Of a stretch of DNA of 33,295 nt, positions 28,046-33,295 are shown one piece after another. Origin of the DNA: Chrysochromulina tobinii. Its lineage: Eukaryota. The notes under the pieces are model-generated. The model worked only from the letters and a program-made list of their open reading frames with translations, did no database searches and was not told the DNA's origin. How positions within the stretch are numbered: the first letter of the stretch is position 1; each line of letters opens with the position of its first letter. The stretch lies in the NCBI GenBank assembly GCA_001275005.1, contig JWZX01003195.1:1-33295 (forward strand), given 5' to 3'. A program made the translations under genes and the position numbers.

Positions 28046-30979
28046 CTACAGGTTATTCTTCTCCGCGAGCGCCGCACGGCGCAGCAGCGCGCCGGAGGCG
28101 CCGCCCGAGCGGCCGACGGCTGAGAAGCGCATCTCCGACAGCCGCTGGGCATGCGCGGCGCTGATGGCCTCCTGCTGCCTGCGCATGGCCTGCCAAGGCG
28201 TACCGTCCAAGGCGAACTCGGCGGCGGGCGCGGAAGCCCTCAGCGACGCCGGCGGTAGCGCGAGCTCTGGCGAGGAAGGACTGAGCTCGCGTTCCAACTG
28301 CCCCGCGTGTCGCATCAGGTCCAGTCGCCGCTCGGCGTCCTCCGCGCGCTCGCGCGCCGTGCTGAGCTCCTGCGCCGCGAGCTGCCGTTCGCGCCGCAGC
28401 GTCTCCGCGTGCTCCCGGGCGAGCGTGCGCATCGCCGCCTGGTGATGCTCCGCCGCGGTGCGCGCCGCCTGCTGCGCGGCCTCGAGGCGCGCGGCCGCTC
28501 CGGCGGATGCCTCGGCAGCAGCGCGTTCGGCGGCCTCATGGAGCACACTCGCGCTCGCCTTTGCCTCGGCCAACAGGGCGTCGTTGCGCTCGCGCTGCTT
28601 TGCAAGTTCCGCCTCGAAGGCCGCCGCCTGCGCCGCCGCGCGCTCGTGCGACGAGGCGAGCGCTCGCGCGTGCGCCTCCAGGAGTCCCTTCTGGGCAGCC
28701 TGAGCGTCGAGTCGGGTGCGCTCGAGGGCTGAGCGCGCCTCGTCGGCCGCACGCTGCACGAGTGCCTCGCGATCTCGGCTTGCATCTCGCTCCGCCGCGA
28801 GCTGTGCAGACCAGTGCTCCATCTCGCGCGCGTGCACGGCCGCCGCATCCTCCGCATGCCTCGCCGCCTCGAGACGGATGCGCTCAATCTGAGCAATGAG
28901 CTCCGCGCGCTCGGTTGCATGCGCCGCACGCTCAGCGGCCTGCTGCTCACGCTCAGTCGCGCGCTCAGCCGCACGCTCAGCCGCGCGCTCGCTGGCAAGC
29001 CGCTCGCGCTCGCTGGCATGCCGCTCGCGCTCACTCTCACGCTCGCTGGCATGCCGCTCGCGCTCACTCGCACGCTCGCTGGCATGCCGCTCGCGCTCAC
29101 TCTCACGCTCAGCTGCGCGCTCACTAGCATGGTGCTCGCGCTCGCTGGCATACTGCTCGCGCTCGACGCGCGCAGCCTCTCTCTCGACGCGCGCAGCCTC
29201 TCTCTCGAGCGCCAGCGCGCGCTGCCCCTCGGCAATCACGCCATTCCGTCCATCGACCGCCGCCGCGAGCTCCTGCCGACTCGCCGCCAGCTCCTCCTGC
29301 AGATACGCCACCCGCTCCTCCGAGCGCGCCGTGTGCTCGTTCGCCTGAGCGGTGTGAAGGGCTTGGGCGGCCGCCGCCGCGCGCAATTCGCTCACCTGTG
29401 CGGTCGCCTCGCGTGCATCAGCCACCGCCGTCTCGCGTGCCGCAATGAGCGCCGCCCGCTCCAGATCCCACCCCTGGATCGACGCGGCGAGCAGCTCGCG
29501 CGAGGCGCTGCCGGCGGCGTTGGCGGCGTTGGCGGCGTTGGCAGCAGCGGTGGCAGCGGCGGCAGCGGCGGCGGCTTGCTCACGCACGGCACTCACGGTG
29601 ACTGCAAGCTCGAAATCTCGCATCGGAGAGATCACCTCCCCGGCGAGCGCCGCGAGGAGAGCATACGTTCCCTCCATCGACAGCCCGACGCTCCTCAGCT
29701 CGGCAGCCGTCCGCAGCAACTCTGCGCCCTCGGCGGCGGCGCGCGCCCGCAGCGCGCGACCATCGACCTCCGCTTCGTGCAGCGCCGTGCCGAGCAGGCG
29801 TGCATCGAGCGCGAGCCGACGCGCCGTCGCCTCCGCCGCCGCCTGCGCCGCGCGTGCTGCCTCGGCCGCTGCCTCGGCCGCCGCCTCCTTCTCGACGGCA
29901 GCCCGGGACGCCGACTCAGCCTGAAGGGCGCGCCCTCGCCACCCCTCGAGGGGCTCGAGGTGCTCGGAACGGCGTGCGGCCTCCTCAAGCCTTCCGACGA
30001 GCTCGTGTGCGGCCTGCGCGAGGGCGGGCACGAGCTCGCGCGTCGCGCCCAGCCACTCCGCGTGAGCTGCCGCGCGCTCCGCCTCCGCCTCTTGCGACCG
30101 CTCGAGCAGCTCGCTCGCCGCGCGCTGAGCCTGGAAGAGCGCCTGACGCTCACGTGCGGCCTCGTCGCGTTCGGCGAGAGCGAGTGCATCGCTGAGCAGG
30201 GAGCATTGCACCGCCTGGCGCGCCGCGAGGCTCTCGAGGGCACCCCGCGCCGCGCCCTCCTCCTCAAGCCGCGTAGTTGCTGCCGTGAGCGCATCACCCG
30301 CCGCGTGCAGCTGCGCCGAGAGCACCTTGGCCTCGATCGTAAGCTCACTGGCCATCTCGGCGCGCGTCTGCGCGGTCTCCTCCGATGCGTACAGCCGCGC
30401 CTGCAGATCGCGCGCCATCGCCTTCGCGTCGTCCAGCGCGCGTTGTTGAGACGCGAGCGCCGTCGCCTTCTCCTCGTGCACAGCCTTCATCAGCATCTTC
30501 TTGTCGGAGCGCTGGCCCGCCTCGGCGCGCTCAAAGGTCAGGCGTGTCTCGCTGATGAGCTCCTGCAGCCGGGCGAGCGACGCGAGGATCGACTCCTCCT
30601 GCTTCTCAATCCGCTTGTGCAGCCTGATCGGCGGCGCCTGAGCAAGCGTCTCGTTGGCAGACGCGAGGCCGCTGGCGGTGCGCTGCTGCTCATGCAGCAG
30701 GTTGCCGAGTTCACTGCTGACTGCCTCACGCCACTCGGCCGCATCGGCGGACGCGTCACGCACCGCGAGCAGCTCGGTGCGCACCGCGTCGCGCCAGCCG
30801 TCAAGCAGCGGCTGCAGCTCCGCGGAGACGCGCTGGCAAACGAAGAGTTCCAAGTTGCTCGGCTGGCTGGCCGGGCGGTACTCGTGCGCTGGGATCGGAG
30901 GCGGCGTTGGCGAGGGCGAGGGCGACACGGGGCGGCCGCGGGTGGCCTTCGGAACGCTCACAAGAGTGCGACTGCTCAT
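28046..30979 (-). CDS. Long coiled-coil protein of unknown function with ERHASERE-type repeats
   Basis: About 977-aa Ala/Glu/Arg/Leu-rich ORF with heptad character. Internal repeats at about 28935-29210. Confidence 0.75.
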   Translation of the reverse strand: MSSRTLVSVPKATRGRPVSPSPSPTPPPIPAHEYRPASQPSNLELFVCQRVSAELQPLLDGWRDAVRTELLAVRDASADAAEWREAVSSELGNLLHEQQRTASGLASANETLAQAPPIRLHKRIEKQEESILASLARLQELISETRLTFERAEAGQRSDKKMLMKAVHEEKATALASQQRALDDAKAMARDLQARLYASEETAQTRAEMASELTIEAKVLSAQLHAAGDALTAATTRLEEEGAARGALESLAARQAVQCSLLSDALALAERDEAARERQALFQAQRAASELLERSQEAEAERAAAHAEWLGATRELVPALAQAAHELVGRLEEAARRSEHLEPLEGWRGRALQAESASRAAVEKEAAAEAAAEAARAAQAAAEATARRLALDARLLGTALHEAEVDGRALRARAAAEGAELLRTAAELRSVGLSMEGTYALLAALAGEVISPMRDFELAVTVSAVREQAAAAAAAATAAANAANAANAAGSASRELLAASIQGWDLERAALIAARETAVADAREATAQVSELRAAAAAQALHTAQANEHTARSEERVAYLQEELAASRQELAAAVDGRNGVIAEGQRALALEREAARVEREAARVEREQYASEREHHASERAAERESERERHASERASERERHASERESERERHASERERLASERAAERAAERATEREQQAAERAAHATERAELIAQIERIRLEAARHAEDAAAVHAREMEHWSAQLAAERDASRDREALVQRAADEARSALERTRLDAQAAQKGLLEAHARALASSHERAAAQAAAFEAELAKQRERNDALLAEAKASASVLHEAAERAAAEASAGAAARLEAAQQAARTAAEHHQAAMRTLAREHAETLRRERQLAAQELSTARERAEDAERRLDLMRHAGQLERELSPSSPELALPPASLRASAPAAEFALDGTPWQAMRRQQEAISAAHAQRLSEMRFSAVGRSGGASGALLRRAALAEKNNL

Positions 30980-31204
30980 CCTGCCCACGGGACGCTCCAG
31001 TCTCTGTAGCCCTTCCTATTCACCGCGGGAGACGCAGACGGCCAGCAGGCGGTCGGGTGCGACTCATGTGCCATGGAAGTCCTCGGAATTGACATGAAAA
31101 CTGGCTGTGAACGTTTGGGTACTGTACATAATTCTGATTCGAACGACATTCAACGCGTAGAGGAATCAGGAGAGCACGATGAGGCCTGGAGCCAATCCAT
31201 TTCA

Positions 31205-31987
31205 TCATTTGCCGACAAATTTGCCAACGAGCTGTACAGCTCGGACTAGGTCTGCATCAGCACTGCCGGAGGGTGGCTCCCCATCTCCTGGCTGCCCATT
31301 TCGATTGGATCCGCCCTCTTTGTAGGCGTCGAGCTCTCCTGGCGGAGCTGCTGCCGGTCCGAGCTTCCCGAGCATCTTGAGCGCCTTGGCCAGTTCCGCG
31401 TCGGTGAAGAGCTCTTCTTCCTTTGGGGGGGCTGGCGGGGGTCCTTTGACGCCCGGTGGCAGCGGCGGCATGGTTTCGGGGATTGTCCAGCCACCAACAA
31501 GCTCGGAGGCATCGGCGTACGCTGCGTGCGCTGTCCTGGAGCGCTGCGCGTCGTCGAGCCTCTGCCGCAACTCCTCCTTGGTGAACCCACCGCTGTTCTC
31601 ATCCTCAAAGTGAATGTCCTCATCCTGTGACATCTTGCGCACCGCCTCTTGCCTCACTGCTTCGATCACGTCCTCCTTGCGCCGCGCGCGGCGCTGCATG
31701 GACTCGAGCAGCGCTGCCTTGTACTCCTTGGAAATGAGCGCATCCGCACTCTTGAGGAGCTTGGCGATGACCGATGGGCGAAGCTTGGGCGTGTCCTCGA
31801 CCACCTTGCAGAAGGATAGGAAGACTGGGCTCGCCTCGAGCTCGACCATGAGCTCGTCGCGTGTCTTCTTTGGCCGGCCGCGCAGGCTGATCTGGTGCTG
31901 GCGTAGCGCCGCGAGCACCGATCGCTCAGCCTCGGTGTATTCTCTGTCCGTATTCCCGAGCAAGTATTTTTTCTCTGGCACGCTCAT
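31205..31987 (-). CDS. Hypothetical protein (helical, charged N-terminal half, Pro-rich C-terminal half)
   Basis: 260-aa ORF from ATG 31987 ([10 protein letters not shown]...) with coding-like composition; no family recognised. Confidence 0.65.
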   Translation of the reverse strand: MSVPEKKYLLGNTDREYTEAERSVLAALRQHQISLRGRPKKTRDELMVELEASPVFLSFCKVVEDTPKLRPSVIAKLLKSADALISKEYKAALLESMQRRARRKEDVIEAVRQEAVRKMSQDEDIHFEDENSGGFTKEELRQRLDDAQRSRTAHAAYADASELVGGWTIPETMPPLPPGVKGPPPAPPKEEELFTDAELAKALKMLGKLGPAAAPPGELDAYKEGGSNRNGQPGDGEPPSGSADADLVRAVQLVGKFVGK

Positions 31988-32370
31988 TCTTGCTGCGACG
32001 CAAGAGGAGGAGGACTCAACGTGAGCTCGCCTCCGCCCGCGTTCTCTCCTCCCGCGCTCGTGTAGGAATTTCCTACACGCACCGCTCGCACGCACGAGTT
32101 GCTCCACGGAAAGCGGGTTGCGAAGCAGGGGTTCGACCGCCGTCGCAAGCGCGTCCTTTTGAGCCCGCAACGCATACACCCGTGAGCTCACTACTACGGG
32201 TACTCGTGGGCGAACCGACGGGGCGCTCACGACAACTCTCTCGTGACCACTGTGGTGACACGTGCACTTGTGCACTCTCCCCGCACTGCAGGGTGCGCGC
32301 GCGGCCTCACGGACCACACGGCTGCGGGCCTCGAGTTGGCGATCAGTCGCAAGACGCGGCACACATCAGC

Positions 32371-33295
32371 ATGGCGGCGATGGAGCACGAGCGCAATCAG
32401 GAGGCCACGTGCTACGTGGGCGACCTAGACACCAAGGTTTCCGAGGCGCTGCTGTGGGAGCTGTGTTTGCAGGCCGGCCCAGTGGTGAGCGTGCACATTC
32501 CCAAGGACAAGCTCACGCAGCAGCACATGGGCTTCGGCTTCGTCGAATTCAAGGCAGACGTAGATGCCGAGTACGCGATCAAGGTACTCAACATGATCAA
32601 GCTCTTTGGCAAGCCGATCCGAGTGAACGCAGCTGCCAAGGAGCGCGACACGGTCGATGTCGGCGCCAACATCTTCGTGGGCAACCTCGATCCCGAGGTG
32701 GACGAGAAGCTGCTGTACGACACCTTCTCGGCGTTCGGCCTCATCGTCACGACGCCCAAGATCATGCGAGACCCCGACACGGGCGCGAGCCGCGGCTTCG
32801 GCTTCGTCTCGTTTGAGACATTTGAGGCCTCCGACACGGCCATTGAGGCGATGAACGGCCAGTTCCTGTGCAACCAGCCCATCTCGGTGACCTACGCCAT
32901 CAAAAAGGATTCCAAGGGCGAGCGCCATGGCTCGGCGGCCGAGCGCCTCCTCGCCGCCAACAACCCCAACCGCACCAGCTTGCGACCTAACCTCTTCTTC
33001 GCGGCGAGTGGAGCGGCGAGCGCACCACTGCCGCCTCTGGCGGTCGCGGCCGGCGTCGTGCCGGGCATGCCGCCGCCGCCGCCACCGCCGCCAGGATGGG
33101 GGAGTCAACCGACTGGTGCGGCACTGCCGCCGCCGCCCGGTTGGCCTCCATCGATGCCGCCGCCGCCGGGCATGCCGCCGCCGCCGGGCTTTCCTCCATC
33201 GATGCCGCCGCCTCCGGGCATGCCGCCGCCGCCGGGCATGCCGCCGGGCATGCCCCCGGGCATGCCGCCGCCGCCCACGATGCCGCCGCCGCCCG
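32371..33295 (+). CDS. SF3B4: Splicing factor 3B subunit 4 (SAP49/Hsh49), 3' partial
   Basis: Translated by hand (missing from the ORF track because no stop lies in the window): [81 protein letters not shown], then a GMPPPP-rich tail. Confidence 0.95.
   Translation, partial: MAAMEHERNQEATCYVGDLDTKVSEALLWELCLQAGPVVSVHIPKDKLTQQHMGFGFVEFKADVDAEYAIKVLNMIKLFGKPIRVNAAAKERDTVDVGANIFVGNLDPEVDEKLLYDTFSAFGLIVTTPKIMRDPDTGASRGFGFVSFETFEASDTAIEAMNGQFLCNQPISVTYAIKKDSKGERHGSAAERLLAANNPNRTSLRPNLFFAASGAASAPLPPLAVAAGVVPGMPPPPPPPPGWGSQPTGAALPPPPGWPPSMPPPPGMPPPPGFPPSMPPPPGMPPPPGMPPGMPPGMPPPPTMPPPP

Noticed and set aside
28814..31009. Long antisense ORFs (731 aa here; also 5067..6449, 4127..5293 and others)
   Set aside because: Shadow ORFs of GC-rich coding sequence on the opposite strand.
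32262..32816. 184-aa plus-strand ORF
   Set aside because: Out-of-frame overlap of SF3B4, whose true frame starts at 32371.
1..33295. Operon-like or defence-island interpretation
   Set aside because: Genes alternate strands, contain spliceosomal introns and have unrelated eukaryotic functions.

Overview
GC-rich, gene-dense eukaryotic nuclear DNA with short GT-AG introns. Gene content, GC level and the GTGCG-type donors suggest a haptophyte-like alga; that is an inference. About 18 protein-coding loci are present: a bacterial-type '3-methyladenine glycosylase'-annotated family protein, a divergent Sec23/24 protein, a TOG/HEAT protein, a frameshifted FkbM-like methyltransferase, a scramblase, a broken class II aldolase/adducin gene, a membrane protein, a SET-domain protein, an MBD-like low-complexity protein, glycerol-3-phosphate dehydrogenase, a NudC/CS protein, a MAP kinase, an ARM/IQ protein, an extended SDR, an F-box plus cullin-repeat-like fusion, a coiled-coil protein, a hypothetical protein and SF3B4 (runs off the end). 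No rRNA, tRNA, CRISPR or transposase was recognised. The most notable signals are: (1) a 78-nt intron that looks like a recent insertion with a 13-bp target duplication supplying its donor site (introner-like, no TIRs); (2) an 8-bp hAT/Ac-type excision footprint that frameshifts the FkbM gene; (3) an F-box fused to a cullin N-terminal-like region without a cullin C-terminus; (4) a signal peptide plus ubiquitin-like LRGG encoded as its own exon on GPDH. Minisatellites are frequent, and several 1-2 nt frameshifts may be assembly errors.
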